NCBI GenBank assembly: GCA_964448095.1
Contig: CAYUUT010000006.1
Location: 1 to 53,602 of the forward strand
DNA: 53,602 nucleotides
Reading direction: 5' to 3'
Source of the DNA: an uncultured Candidatus Saccharibacteria bacterium
Lineage (GTDB): Bacteria; Patescibacteriota; Saccharimonadia; Saccharimonadales; UBA10212
Shown here: in pieces, positions 1 to 9,823 of the stretch
Position numbering within the stretch: position 1 is the stretch's first letter
How the letters are laid out: each line of letters begins with the position of its first letter
The notes under the pieces: generated by a model
What the model saw: only the letters and a program-made list of their open reading frames with translations
Database searches by the model: none
What the model was told of the DNA's origin: nothing
Program-made: the position numbers and the translations under genes

Positions 1-832
1 TAAAGGCCCGGCCGCCGATGCCAAACATCTTGGTGCCTTCCACGCCGCCTTCGTTAACCACCGCGATATCAGTTGTGCCGCCGCCAACGTCCATTAAAAC
101 GGCGCTGATAGAGGCATTGGGATCGTCGCCGACCACGCTGCGGGCGACGGCAAACGGCTCGGCCGCCACCGCTAATAATTCTAGGTCGAGTTCGGCGGCC
201 GTGCGTTCCAGCGCGCCGATGTGAATCATCGGCGCGAAGGCCGTATACATCTCTACCACTATATCGCGCCCCTGAAAGCCCACCGGATTCGTAACTTTAT
301 AACCATCTATATCAATCCGCACTAAAGCGCTGTTTACCAGCCGGACTTCCACGTCTTTGCCGCCCAGTTCCCAGGCTAGTTGCTCGCGAGCTTTAGCCTC
401 GGCGCGCTCTTGGACCAAATTAATAATTCGGCCCATTTCATCTATACTCAGTTCTTTTTCGGGATTTTTGCGGGTAAAACGGACGGTGCTGGTAGTGCCT
501 TTAACTAGTTCCCCGGCGATACCTATAACAGCGGTGCGGGCGCTAACACCGGCTTGCTGCTCGGCAGCCGCCAGCGCTTTGTCGCAGTTATCGACTACCG
601 CGGCGATATCGGCAATCGCCCCGGCCTGCATATCCGTTAATTGTTGGTGCATGCGGCCAACGCCAATAATCTCTACGCTGTTGCCAACTACCCGCCCAAC
701 CAGAGCTTTTACGTACTCCGTGCCAATATCCAGCGCCACCATATACTCGCCAACCGGGCGTGAGCGCTTAGCGGCAGCGGATATTTTAGGCAGTTTGCCT
801 TTTAGGTTTTTAGCCTTGTCGCGTATAGGCAT
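1..832 (-). CDS. ftsA: FtsA-family cell division protein, 3' part runs off the window
   Basis: Not in the ORF track. Read manually from ATG at 832: MPIRDKAK...YMVALDIGTEYVKALVG...VLMDVGGGTTDIAV...FGIGGRAF. Has the actin-like ATPase motifs DIGT and DVGGGTTD. TATAAT lies 10 nt upstream. Confidence 0.8.
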   Translation of the reverse strand, partial: MPIRDKAKNLKGKLPKISAAAKRSRPVGEYMVALDIGTEYVKALVGRVVGNSVEIIGVGRMHQQLTDMQAGAIADIAAVVDNCDKALAAAEQQAGVSARTAVIGIAGELVKGTTSTVRFTRKNPEKELSIDEMGRIINLVQERAEAKAREQLAWELGGKDVEVRLVNSALVRIDIDGYKVTNPVGFQGRDIVVEMYTAFAPMIHIGALERTAAELDLELLAVAAEPFAVARSVVGDDPNASISAVLMDVGGGTTDIAVVNEGGVEGTKMFGIGGRAF

Positions 833-867
833 AATCAGATTGATTATACCACGACCTATCTGTTAGC

Positions 868-2766
868 TTACTGAAGGATGGCTTTGATTCGGCGAACGCC
901 GGCAGATGAGGCTTCTTCTTTGACGATTTTGAATTTTTTTCCGCCTTCGCCAATCTGGCCGGTGTGTTCTACGTGTGGACCGCCGCAAATTTCGCGGCTG
1001 AAGGGCTGCTTTGGGTCGCCAATCGTATAAACTTTGACCTTGTCGCCATATTTATCACCAAAAGCTCCCGATGCGCCTTTAGCAAAAGCTTCTTTGGTGT
1101 CTTCCTCTTGCCAAGTGACTGGCAGGTCTTCGGCAATTTTCTCATTAACGATTTTCTCCACCTCTGCCAACTGCTCCGGTGTAACTTTTTCTGGCTGGCT
1201 AAAGTCGAACCGGGTGCGCTCGGCTGTGATATTACTGCCCCGCTGGACAACATGCGGCCCTAATACCTGCTTGAGCGCCTGGTACATCAAATGGGTCGTG
1301 GTGTGGTATTTGACCACTTGCTCGGAATGGTCGGCCAGACCGCCCTTAAACATCCCCTGGCTGGCGGTCTGGCTGCGTTGCCGCTGCTGTTCCATCAATT
1401 GTTCGAATTGGTTATCGGCATCTTCGGCCAAGTTAATTTTTTTCTTTGAAGCTTCTTCTTTGGTCAGTTCCACCGGAAAGCCGAAAGTATCATAGAGTTT
1501 GAAGATATCCTGACCGCTGAGTTCTTTTTTCGCCTTGGAAATTTTCTCAAATTCATGAAGGCCTTTGCGAAGAGTTTGGCGGAAGAGTTTTTCTTCGGCT
1601 GCAAACGATTTAACAACTTCATTATTGCGTTTTTTAACTTCCGGAAAATCAGCTTCGTATAGCTCCACGATAATTGGCACAACTTTTTCGCACAAGTCTT
1701 GCTCGATGCCCAGCTCAAACGCGTAGCGGATAGCCCGGCGCAGCAGCCGGCGCAGCACGTAGCCTTGCTGTTTGTTGCTGGGAACAACCCCGTCAACCGC
1801 CAAAAATAGGGCTGCCCGCAGGTGGTCGGCAATTACCCGCATGCTGGTTTGGTTATCCTTGTAGCTTTTACTGCTGAGTTTTTCTAAGCCTTCAATGATC
1901 GGCTTAAGCAGGCTGATTTCAAAAACATCCGGCGAATTAATGGCCGCGGCGGCGATCCGTTCCAAGCCGCCGCCAAAATCAACGTTGGGTTCGGGCAGTT
2001 TCTCAAAACCGTTGGCGGTTTTTTTATAAGTCATGAACACGCTGTTGCCGATTTCTAAAAACCGTCCGCAATCGCAGTTGGGGTGACACTGCCGGTCTTT
2101 AAAGACCGATTTTTCGTGAATTTTTAGCTCGACGCCAAAATCGTAAAAAACTTCGCTGTCCGGGCCGCCGGGCTCGCCTTCGCGCATATTATCCGGCTGG
2201 CCTTCGCGGCTCCACCAGTTCTTGCTGGCATCATAGTAAAATACCCGCTCGCCGGGCTTCATGCCGCGGGTATAGCCGTCTTCTCCGGAGCCGATATTGC
2301 CGGTCTTGGCCTCGACGTTTTTATCATTAAACAACTGTTGCCAGATTTGGCAGGCCTCAATGTCCTTATGAATTCCGTTATTTTCATCACCGATAAAACA
2401 AGTTACGTAGAGTTTTTCCGGCTCCAAACCAACTACGTCAGTTAGGAACTCAAAGAACCAAGGCAGCTGCTCCATTTTAAAATAATCGCCCAGGCTCCAG
2501 TTACCCAGCATCTCAAAAAGAGTGGTGTGACGGTTATCGCCCACTTCGTCCATGTCTTCGGCCCTAAAGCAGGTCTGGCTATCTACCAGTCGCTTGCCGT
2601 TTGGGTGTTTTTGACCCAGTAAATAGAGTACTAGGGGCTGCATGCCGCTGCCGGTAAACAGTGTGGTCGGATCGTCCTGCGGCACCAAGCTAGCCCGCGG
2701 AATTATCTTGTGTCCGCGCGCTTTAAAGAACTCCAGATACGCTTTGCGTATTTGCTCCGCTGTCAT
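868..2766 (-). CDS. alaS: Alanyl-tRNA ligase, short form lacking the C-Ala domain
   Basis: Motifs DPTTLFTGSGMQP, HTTLFEMLGNWS, DFGGGLER, ADHLRA; editing-domain HTTTH and CGGPH; ends GVRRIKA. Confidence 0.96.
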   Translation of the reverse strand: MTAEQIRKAYLEFFKARGHKIIPRASLVPQDDPTTLFTGSGMQPLVLYLLGQKHPNGKRLVDSQTCFRAEDMDEVGDNRHTTLFEMLGNWSLGDYFKMEQLPWFFEFLTDVVGLEPEKLYVTCFIGDENNGIHKDIEACQIWQQLFNDKNVEAKTGNIGSGEDGYTRGMKPGERVFYYDASKNWWSREGQPDNMREGEPGGPDSEVFYDFGVELKIHEKSVFKDRQCHPNCDCGRFLEIGNSVFMTYKKTANGFEKLPEPNVDFGGGLERIAAAAINSPDVFEISLLKPIIEGLEKLSSKSYKDNQTSMRVIADHLRAALFLAVDGVVPSNKQQGYVLRRLLRRAIRYAFELGIEQDLCEKVVPIIVELYEADFPEVKKRNNEVVKSFAAEEKLFRQTLRKGLHEFEKISKAKKELSGQDIFKLYDTFGFPVELTKEEASKKKINLAEDADNQFEQLMEQQRQRSQTASQGMFKGGLADHSEQVVKYHTTTHLMYQALKQVLGPHVVQRGSNITAERTRFDFSQPEKVTPEQLAEVEKIVNEKIAEDLPVTWQEEDTKEAFAKGASGAFGDKYGDKVKVYTIGDPKQPFSREICGGPHVEHTGQIGEGGKKFKIVKEEASSAGVRRIKAILQ

Positions 2767-2796
2767 TCTTGACTATTATAACAGAGGTGGCCTAAT

Positions 2797-3837
2797 TTAG
2801 GTAACGATGCCGCCGCCGAGGCATTCGTCCCCGCTATAGAAGACGGCGGATTGGCCGGGGGTTAGAGCCCGGACATCTTCATCCAGCTGGGCGGTCCAAA
2901 AATTACTTGACTTGTTAAGTAATTTTACATCGATGAATTTAGCGCGGTGCCGCAACCGGATTTTCAGTTTATCTTTTTTACTTGGTGGCTGGTTAATCCA
3001 ATGCATATCCGTGAGCCGCACTTCCCTGCTCCACAGCTTTTCGTCCTGCAAGTCGGTAGTCACATAAACTTTGTTCTTCTTCATGTCTTTGCCTATAACG
3101 TAATAAGGCAGGCCGCCGCCAACTTCCAGGCCATGCCGCTGGCCAATGGTATAGAAAATCGCTCCGTCGTGTGTGCCCACTTCCCTGCCACCGTGGTCGA
3201 TAATCTTGCCGGGCCTGGTTTTTACGTATTGCTGCAAAAATTCTTTAATACCGACCTTACCTACGAAGCAGATACCCATGCTGTCTTTTTTGTCAGCCGT
3301 GACCAGCTTGAATTTTTTGGCCAGTTGCCTGACCTGCGGCTTAGTCAAATCGCCGAGCGGGAATATGGTTTTTTGCAGAGCCTCATTTTTGACTCTATAT
3401 AGGAAGTAGGTTTGGTCCTTATTGCTGTCGGCTGCCATATATAGGCGTCCGGCATTGGTTTTGGCATAGTGCCCGGTAGCGATAAAATCGGCGCCGTCTT
3501 TCAGAGCCGTATTCAAAAATAGTTTGAATTTAACCTCTTGGTTGCACATAACATCAGGATTGGGCGTGCGGCCGGCCTTAAATTCATCCAGCATGTAGTC
3601 AACTACTTTGTGCCGGTATTCGGTTTCGAAATCGTACATCTTAAAATCAATACCCAGCTGCACAGCCACGCGCTTGGCGTCCTGATAATCTTCTTGCCAC
3701 GGGCAAGGCAGGCCCGGAAAGTCCTGGCTCCAGTTTTTCATATAAACACCCACGACGTCGTAGCCTTGCTGTTTTAGCAAAGCGGCGCTGACGGAGCTAT
3801 CAACCCCGCCGGAGAGCCCAACGTATACCGTCTTCAT
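2797..3837 (-). CDS. mnmA: tRNA 2-thiouridine(34) synthase
   Basis: SGGVDS, TPNPDVMCN, ATGHY, KDQTYFL, PGQSAVFY. Confidence 0.97.
   Translation of the reverse strand: MKTVYVGLSGGVDSSVSAALLKQQGYDVVGVYMKNWSQDFPGLPCPWQEDYQDAKRVAVQLGIDFKMYDFETEYRHKVVDYMLDEFKAGRTPNPDVMCNQEVKFKLFLNTALKDGADFIATGHYAKTNAGRLYMAADSNKDQTYFLYRVKNEALQKTIFPLGDLTKPQVRQLAKKFKLVTADKKDSMGICFVGKVGIKEFLQQYVKTRPGKIIDHGGREVGTHDGAIFYTIGQRHGLEVGGGLPYYVIGKDMKKNKVYVTTDLQDEKLWSREVRLTDMHWINQPPSKKDKLKIRLRHRAKFIDVKLLNKSSNFWTAQLDEDVRALTPGQSAVFYSGDECLGGGIVT
2904..2921. repeat. 18-bp palindrome TACTTRAC-TT-GTTAAGTA, copy 1 (inside mnmA)
   Basis: tacttgacttgttaagta; symmetry extends over 2899-2926. Confidence 0.8.
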
Positions 3838-3855
3838 CTGTTACAGTTTAACAGA

Positions 3856-4737
3856 TTAACCAAATGGCGGTTTGCCGGCGCGTAGTCTAGCCCGAATAAC
3901 TTGCAACCGGTGCTGCATACCTAACCAGAAGGCTATAAAGGTCAGAGCCGCCAGCGCGCCAATCACCCACCAAGGGACAAATCGAGTTTCGTTAATAACG
4001 GCGCCGTTGCTGCCCTTGCCGCTGCTCGACTGTTGGATTGGCCCATTAGCCACCGCCACCACCTGCAAAAAGGCCGAGAAGCCCTGGCTGTCGGTGGCTT
4101 TAATAGTCACGTTGTAGGTACCGGCGTTTTTATAAGTATGGTCGAGGGTAATGGCGCCCGGGAATTGTTGGCTCTTTAGGTCCGAGGATGAACTATCGCC
4201 CCAATCTATGCTGATGGCATAAGGTCCGGTACCACCGCTAAGGCTAATGGGCCAGGTCAAATCCGTATTGGGATCAGCCCCGCGTTTAGCGTATTGCGTA
4301 GTTAGAGTAATCAGCGATTCGGTGGTAGGCAGGGCATTATTAAAGTTGACCGTAACAGTATTGGAGACCGGGCTGGCTTGGTTTAGGTCGTCATAATCCT
4401 GGGCAGTCAGGTCATTCCGACCACTGAATAAGTCAATTTGTATGGAATAGCTGCTGCCGCTGCATTCACGCGAGCCGGCAAAAACATTATTTTTGAACAC
4501 CTCAACCAGAGTTCCCGATTGGCACAGGCCGGCTACAGTTATAGGTAAGTTGGAAAAGTTCTGGCCGTTACCAGGCACACTGATGGTTGGCGTTTGAGTG
4601 GGCGGGTTACCTTTAACCGTACCCTCCAGGCCGGCTGAACCGCTAAGGGTGGTTGTGGTGGCGCCAACAATGGCGGCGGGTCCAAGACACGAGAAAAAAA
4701 CTGCCACAACGGCTAATAACGGTAATACTCGCTTCAT
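3856..4737 (-). CDS. Secreted, membrane-anchored Ig-like + PKD-domain protein
   Basis: Signal peptide; PKD-like ISIDWGD...HTYKNAGTYNVTIKATD; C-terminal TM helix with basic tail. The ORF track starts at 4743; the ATG at 4737 is 7 nt after TATACT. Confidence 0.7.
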   Translation of the reverse strand: MKRVLPLLAVVAVFFSCLGPAAIVGATTTTLSGSAGLEGTVKGNPPTQTPTISVPGNGQNFSNLPITVAGLCQSGTLVEVFKNNVFAGSRECSGSSYSIQIDLFSGRNDLTAQDYDDLNQASPVSNTVTVNFNNALPTTESLITLTTQYAKRGADPNTDLTWPISLSGGTGPYAISIDWGDSSSSDLKSQQFPGAITLDHTYKNAGTYNVTIKATDSQGFSAFLQVVAVANGPIQQSSSGKGSNGAVINETRFVPWWVIGALAALTFIAFWLGMQHRLQVIRARLRAGKPPFG

Positions 4738-4828
4738 AAGCATTAGTATAATAATATAATCTTGTAGCGATTATAGCCAAATTTACCTTTGCGTTGACCG
4801 GCCATTTTGCTAAACTACAAACAGCTAT

Positions 4829-5836
4829 ATGAGGGAAACACTAAGAAAGCACCTAACAAGGGCGCTAGCAGCGGTGGCAGTTTTTGCTATTGCGTTGGGG
4901 ATAATTCCCCAGGCGATGGCGGCTACGGCAACCCCTAATAATGCTACCCAGTCCGGCAATAACGGTTTACAAATCTCCCCCACCCGGACCGACCTTGCGG
5001 TTAATCCTGGTGAATCTAGCACTTTCCAGATTAGCCTCAAAAACATCAGTAGTATCGCCCTAACCGCCAAAGCGTCCTTAAACGATTTTGAATCCGACGA
5101 TCAGACCGGCATACCCAAGCTTATAATTGACCCCAGCCAACACTCACCACGTTCCATAAAACCATTCTTGAATGGTTTTGGTGATGTACCACTGCAATCC
5201 GGCGAAACCAAAACTGTACAGTTAGAGGTTAATGTTCCCGCTAACGCCGCGCCCGGCGGTTATTATGGAGCCTTGCGCTATTCAGCCATACCGGTCACCG
5301 CCAGCCAGAATGTCGGCCCCAACCAGATTTCCCTGACCGCCAGCGTGGCATCTTTAGTGTTGCTGGAAATAAACGGCCAGGTCAACGAACAGCTTAATTT
5401 TGATTCAATGAGCGCCTTACGCCACGGTACAACGCAAGCGATTTTCTTTGGCAAAGGACCAGACCAGATAGCTATTAGGCTTACTAATAAAGGTAACGGT
5501 TTCTCCCAGCCCATTGGCCACGTGGTCATTAACAAGGGTGGCAAGTCGGTCTACAACTACGAGTTTAACAGCACGACCTCCGGCCTGCACAGCACCATCC
5601 TGCCGGACTCCTCCAGGACCTTCACCAATTCAATTAAGAACGTCAACGGCTTTGGCCAATACACCGTAGTCGCCAGCATCGCCTATAAGCAGGGTGACGA
5701 AGCTTTGACCTTAAGCCAAAAGTTCTGGGTAATTCCAAAGGGTATTGAGTACGTCCTACTGATACTGGTCATATTAATTGCAGCTGGTATCGGTCTGTGG
5801 CAACTGGCCACCCGAAGAGCCAAAACCAAACGCTAA
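4829..5836 (+). CDS. DUF916-like (WxL-interacting / chaperone-like Ig-fold) membrane-anchored protein
   Basis: Signal peptide; GLQISPTR...VNPGE and VPANAAPGGYYGAL resemble DUF916; second Ig-like domain; C-terminal TM with basic tail. Confidence 0.65.
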   Translation: MRETLRKHLTRALAAVAVFAIALGIIPQAMAATATPNNATQSGNNGLQISPTRTDLAVNPGESSTFQISLKNISSIALTAKASLNDFESDDQTGIPKLIIDPSQHSPRSIKPFLNGFGDVPLQSGETKTVQLEVNVPANAAPGGYYGALRYSAIPVTASQNVGPNQISLTASVASLVLLEINGQVNEQLNFDSMSALRHGTTQAIFFGKGPDQIAIRLTNKGNGFSQPIGHVVINKGGKSVYNYEFNSTTSGLHSTILPDSSRTFTNSIKNVNGFGQYTVVASIAYKQGDEALTLSQKFWVIPKGIEYVLLILVILIAAGIGLWQLATRRAKTKR

Positions 5837-5840
5837 CAAT

Positions 5841-6908
5841 TTAGAATGAACCTATCGCCAGATAGGTCATGGTAGTGCTGTAGACGCCTTCCGGCTGAGA
5901 ACTGTCGACGTTGGCAATATAACTAACCGTAAACAAGCTAAAATCAGTACTCAGCGGCGAGTCCGCCACTAGATCGCCGGCTTGGAATTTGTAACGGTTC
6001 GCTAAGTTATAGCCATTATCAACCACGCCACTGCCGGCACCAAACGGATTAGCGCCAACCGGCGGCGAGCCATTGGCTACCAGGTTGAGGCCGAACTGGC
6101 CGATACCTTTAGCGCTGGACTGCTGGCTAGCCATAGCCGGGATAGTATTATTACCTGAGGTTAAGGTGTTTCCTAGAACAAAAATATTGTAGCCGGTGAA
6201 GTAATTGGTCCCCACCGAAAACTGGGTAGTAGTAAAGCCTGTCACCTGGGGCGTTAGGACTCCCAGATCTTTAATATCATGTACTTGATTACTGCAGTCC
6301 ACCGCAACCGTGGCGCCGACGCAAAGCACCAGGCGCGGCGGCACATATGCGGTGGCGCCCAGGCCCACAGACAGGTCGAATACCACGCCACCAGTATCAA
6401 TTGGCGGCCCGGTAGCATCAGTGCTGGCATAGGTGCTAAGCCGGACATACATCGACTGGTTAACCGCCGAGGGATTAACGATGTTACTGAAACTATATTC
6501 TGACGGATCGGGTGTCACTGGCGTTGCCGGTCTGGTAAGTATCAAATCATTGGCCGTAGTTAACGGGCTGATAGTAAAGCCGGTGGTTCCGCTTTGGTTA
6601 TCCAAGACTGCCCCGAGTACCGACAGGCCGGTTGGCGCCGTACAAGGTGTACCTACCAGTGGACCATCGGAGCAGTATCTAAACTGGATTGAACCAACAT
6701 CCGCGGCAGAGGCTAATACAAAGTCAAAAACATGGCTGGTTACCACGCTGGGCTGAGAAGAGCCAATGGTTATAGACCGGTCCGGGAGTTCGGCGGCCGA
6801 TGCCTGGGGCCAAGCGGCAGGCAAAGTTAAACATGCCACCAGCAAAATAACTAGAGTGAACAGGCGTAATTTATAAGTCGCCCGCCATCGAAGCAAGGGC
6901 TGAGCCAT
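5841..6908 (-). CDS. Secreted WxL-like/pilin-like surface protein, paralog 1
   Basis: Signal peptide; RSITIGSS, FRYCSDGPLVGTPC, DLGVL, FGLNL; ends GVYSTTMTYLAIGSF. These motifs are shared with the neighbouring genes. Confidence 0.6.
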   Translation of the reverse strand: MAQPLLRWRATYKLRLFTLVILLVACLTLPAAWPQASAAELPDRSITIGSSQPSVVTSHVFDFVLASAADVGSIQFRYCSDGPLVGTPCTAPTGLSVLGAVLDNQSGTTGFTISPLTTANDLILTRPATPVTPDPSEYSFSNIVNPSAVNQSMYVRLSTYASTDATGPPIDTGGVVFDLSVGLGATAYVPPRLVLCVGATVAVDCSNQVHDIKDLGVLTPQVTGFTTTQFSVGTNYFTGYNIFVLGNTLTSGNNTIPAMASQQSSAKGIGQFGLNLVANGSPPVGANPFGAGSGVVDNGYNLANRYKFQAGDLVADSPLSTDFSLFTVSYIANVDSSQPEGVYSTTMTYLAIGSF

Positions 6909-6920
6909 GGCTTTTGGCCT

Positions 6921-8372
6921 TTAGAAGGTTGAGGTTGCTATATAAGTGGAGGTCACGGTGTAGGTACCGGTTGGAGTGGTAATGCCGGGGGTGGCCGCGA
7001 ACTTCAGAACAATCGTTTCATTGTCTACCGGTCCGGTTGACTTAGCCAGCAGCTCGGGGGTGGCAGAACCACTGTGATCCCAGGCGAAACCGTTAGTATC
7101 TCCGTAGTGTGTGGCGTCAATTCCGATGTAGCCAGACTGGGCTACCAGCAGGTTGAGTCCAGAAGACATGTCGCAGGTGTAGGCCGTGGTGGTCGTGCCA
7201 TTACAGTTAGTACCGGCCACAACAACGCCGAAGCTTTCCTGGCCAGCAGTAAAGGCCGCCTGGGTAGTGCTGTCATTGAAGCACTGGTCAGTATGAGAGG
7301 CTCCGGAACACGAAGCGCCCGGAACTTTTAGCTGGCCACTGCCTGTATCCTGCTGAGCAAAGTAAGTTATAGCCACACCATTGCTGGCGTTGGTCTGGAC
7401 CATAGCCGCGCCATTGCAGGCGTTGCCAAGCCCCGGCGTCCCCGGCGCAGTTGGTACTGGCGAAACGGAAACTGCGCTACTGTCTAGGACCCCTAGGTCA
7501 ACCGTGGTTCCGCAGTTCCCAGCAAAGGTTGAAGCGCAGTTGTTGGCAATAGTGGTGGTTGAGTCATCAACATCGGTAGTGCCGACGCAGAATTGCAGAA
7601 CTTCCTGTACCCGAGCGGTGGTACTCAGCTCGTTAGCGGTACTCAGGGCGATACCACCGTCATCCAGGTGCGTACCCGGTACGGTATCAGTGTAAGCCGC
7701 GGCTGTTGTATCGTTGGCATAGGTTAAAATGCGGGCATAAAATGTTCCGGTTGCTGAGGGGTTGGTTACACCGTCGCCGCCAGTTGCGTTGGTACCAAGG
7801 CTAAAAGTAACACTTTGGTTGGCGGTTATAGCATTGCCAGTAGCATTGGTCAATATCAAGGTATTAGATGTACTGGTGCCGTTAATCGCATAGCTGTGGG
7901 TGACGGGTGAACCATTAATTTGCTGGGCGGCCACAGTAAGGGTAGCTTTATTGATATCAAAGCCACTGGGGCCGGTGCAGGCTGTTCCTATCAGAGGTCC
8001 GCTGGCGCTATCGCAAAACTGTATAACTATACCCTTAAGGTTAGCGCTGGCTGTGGTTTCATCAAAGCTCACAAAGTAGGTCACATCAGTGGCGCTCACC
8101 ACTGAACTGCCAATGGTTATTTTACGCTGAGTCACCTGGGCGGCAGCGATTTGGGTCGGCTGGAGGACAGCGGTCAATATGCTAGGCGCCAAGAACAGGA
8201 AAATAACCAGTAAAGCTACTAGTCTCCGTTCAAGTGTAGAGGATTTAAACATCTTGGTGGCTGTTTTTTTTGTTTTTATACCTAACGTTAGGAGAATAGC
8301 ACAGGCTAAGAAATAACCCAAGTACTTTTCCACAGGGTTGCTAAAGAGATGGTTAAGGAGTTGGTTCATCAT
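6921..8372 (-). CDS. Secreted WxL-like/pilin-like surface protein, paralog 2
   Basis: RKITIGSS, FCDSASGPLIGTAC, ARVQEVLQFCVG; ends GTYTVTSTYIATSTF; long hydrophobic N-terminus. Confidence 0.6.
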   Translation of the reverse strand: MMNQLLNHLFSNPVEKYLGYFLACAILLTLGIKTKKTATKMFKSSTLERRLVALLVIFLFLAPSILTAVLQPTQIAAAQVTQRKITIGSSVVSATDVTYFVSFDETTASANLKGIVIQFCDSASGPLIGTACTGPSGFDINKATLTVAAQQINGSPVTHSYAINGTSTSNTLILTNATGNAITANQSVTFSLGTNATGGDGVTNPSATGTFYARILTYANDTTAAAYTDTVPGTHLDDGGIALSTANELSTTARVQEVLQFCVGTTDVDDSTTTIANNCASTFAGNCGTTVDLGVLDSSAVSVSPVPTAPGTPGLGNACNGAAMVQTNASNGVAITYFAQQDTGSGQLKVPGASCSGASHTDQCFNDSTTQAAFTAGQESFGVVVAGTNCNGTTTTAYTCDMSSGLNLLVAQSGYIGIDATHYGDTNGFAWDHSGSATPELLAKSTGPVDNETIVLKFAATPGITTPTGTYTVTSTYIATSTF

Positions 8373-9709
8373 TAGAAGGTTGGCGTGGCTATGTAATCCG
8401 AGGTTACGTTATAAGTTCCGGTAGGGGTGGTGATTCCGGGAGTGGCAGAAAATTTAAGTATCAGCGTTTCGTCTTCTACCGGGCCGCTGGAGCTGGCTAT
8501 CTGCGTAGGGCTGCTAATGCCGGTGTCGTTCCAGGCAAAGCCGTTAGTAACACCGTAGGCAGTAGTTGTATTGCCGATATAACCAGATACAGCTTTCAGT
8601 TGGTTAGTGCCAGAGGACATGCTACAACTGTAAGACACCGTGGTGGTACCGTTACAGTTAGTGCCCGCGACGTCCACCCCGAAGTCCTCTTGGCCGGCCG
8701 TAAAGGTCGCTTGAGTTGAGCTATCATTGAAACAGTTGTCGGTAGTAGATGAACCGCTGCAAGTCGCTCCGGGGATCTTGAGTTTGCCGCTACCAGTGTC
8801 CTGCTCGGCAAAGTAGGTTACAGCGACCCCGCCGCCAGCGTTAGTACGGACCATGGCCGCGCCATTACAGCCATTGCCGTAACCGGGCGCCCCCGGAGTA
8901 GTCGCTACCGGCGAGGTTGATATTACGCTACCGTCCAAGACACCCAAGTCCACCGACGTCCCGCAGTTGCCGGCAAAAGTGCCGCCGCAGTCGTTAGCGA
9001 TGGTGGTGGTAGCATCATCGACACTAGTAGTACCGACACAAAATTGCAGGACTTCCTGTACCCGGGCGCTTATGGTCAGCTCACTGGTGGTGCTTAGAGC
9101 TATGCCGCCGGAGTCGATAACGTTACTGCCGGGGTTGGCTACGCTGCCGGTGCTGTCATAAGTGGTCGAGTCGGCAGTGGTGCTAAAGGTGAATATGCGG
9201 GCGTAGAACGAACCGACCGCACTCGGATTAGTGGCGGTGAAGCTAAAGGTCACGGCGTGCGTTGCATCAGTACTGCCGCCGGTACCACCAGAATCTTGAA
9301 TAACTAGAGCTTTGCCGCTACCAATGTTCGTGTTAGGAGCTACAGCCGTAAAGGAAGCGGACCCAAATCCACTGGTCTGAGTAACAGTTATGCTGCCGCT
9401 GGTCTGAATACCGCTAACCGGGTGGTTGGCCGATGAACAGACCGTGCCTAACAGCGGGCCGCCGCCAGCGCTATTACAAAAATCAACCACTATCGCCTTT
9501 ATAGAGGTGGTGCTGCCCGGAATAAAGCTCACCGAATAGGTGTTAGCCGTGCTCACTTTAGAGCTGCCAATGGTAATTTTACGCTGCGTCACGGTAGCCG
9601 CGGAGGCTGGCTGGCTGGCTAAAAAGAAGGGCAGAAAATAAGTGCTCAGAAAGAGCATTATCAACAGCAGGCTAAGAAAGGCTCGTTTATTGGCGACTAT
9701 GCCCGGCAT
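8372..9709 (-). CDS. Secreted WxL-like/pilin-like surface protein, paralog 3
   Basis: C-terminal half closely similar to paralog 2 (ARVQEVLQFCVGTT...); ends GTYNVTSDYIATPTF; GAGGAG SD upstream. Confidence 0.6.
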   Translation of the reverse strand: MPGIVANKRAFLSLLLIMLFLSTYFLPFFLASQPASAATVTQRKITIGSSKVSTANTYSVSFIPGSTTSIKAIVVDFCNSAGGGPLLGTVCSSANHPVSGIQTSGSITVTQTSGFGSASFTAVAPNTNIGSGKALVIQDSGGTGGSTDATHAVTFSFTATNPSAVGSFYARIFTFSTTADSTTYDSTGSVANPGSNVIDSGGIALSTTSELTISARVQEVLQFCVGTTSVDDATTTIANDCGGTFAGNCGTSVDLGVLDGSVISTSPVATTPGAPGYGNGCNGAAMVRTNAGGGVAVTYFAEQDTGSGKLKIPGATCSGSSTTDNCFNDSSTQATFTAGQEDFGVDVAGTNCNGTTTVSYSCSMSSGTNQLKAVSGYIGNTTTAYGVTNGFAWNDTGISSPTQIASSSGPVEDETLILKFSATPGITTPTGTYNVTSDYIATPTF

Positions 9710-9823
9710 CTAACTCCTCTACCCCTACCTCAAAGTTTGGGTTTTTTGTTAATGCTTAATTATTAACAAACTTTACCGCTGGTGACAAGTGTAAATTGGC
9801 TTATCCACAAGCCGTAAAAACCC

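Noticed and set aside
9801-9809. Perfect DnaA box TTATCCACA (another at 49535-49543)
   Set aside because: Isolated single boxes with no cluster, AT-rich unwinding element or dnaA nearby; not evidence of oriC.
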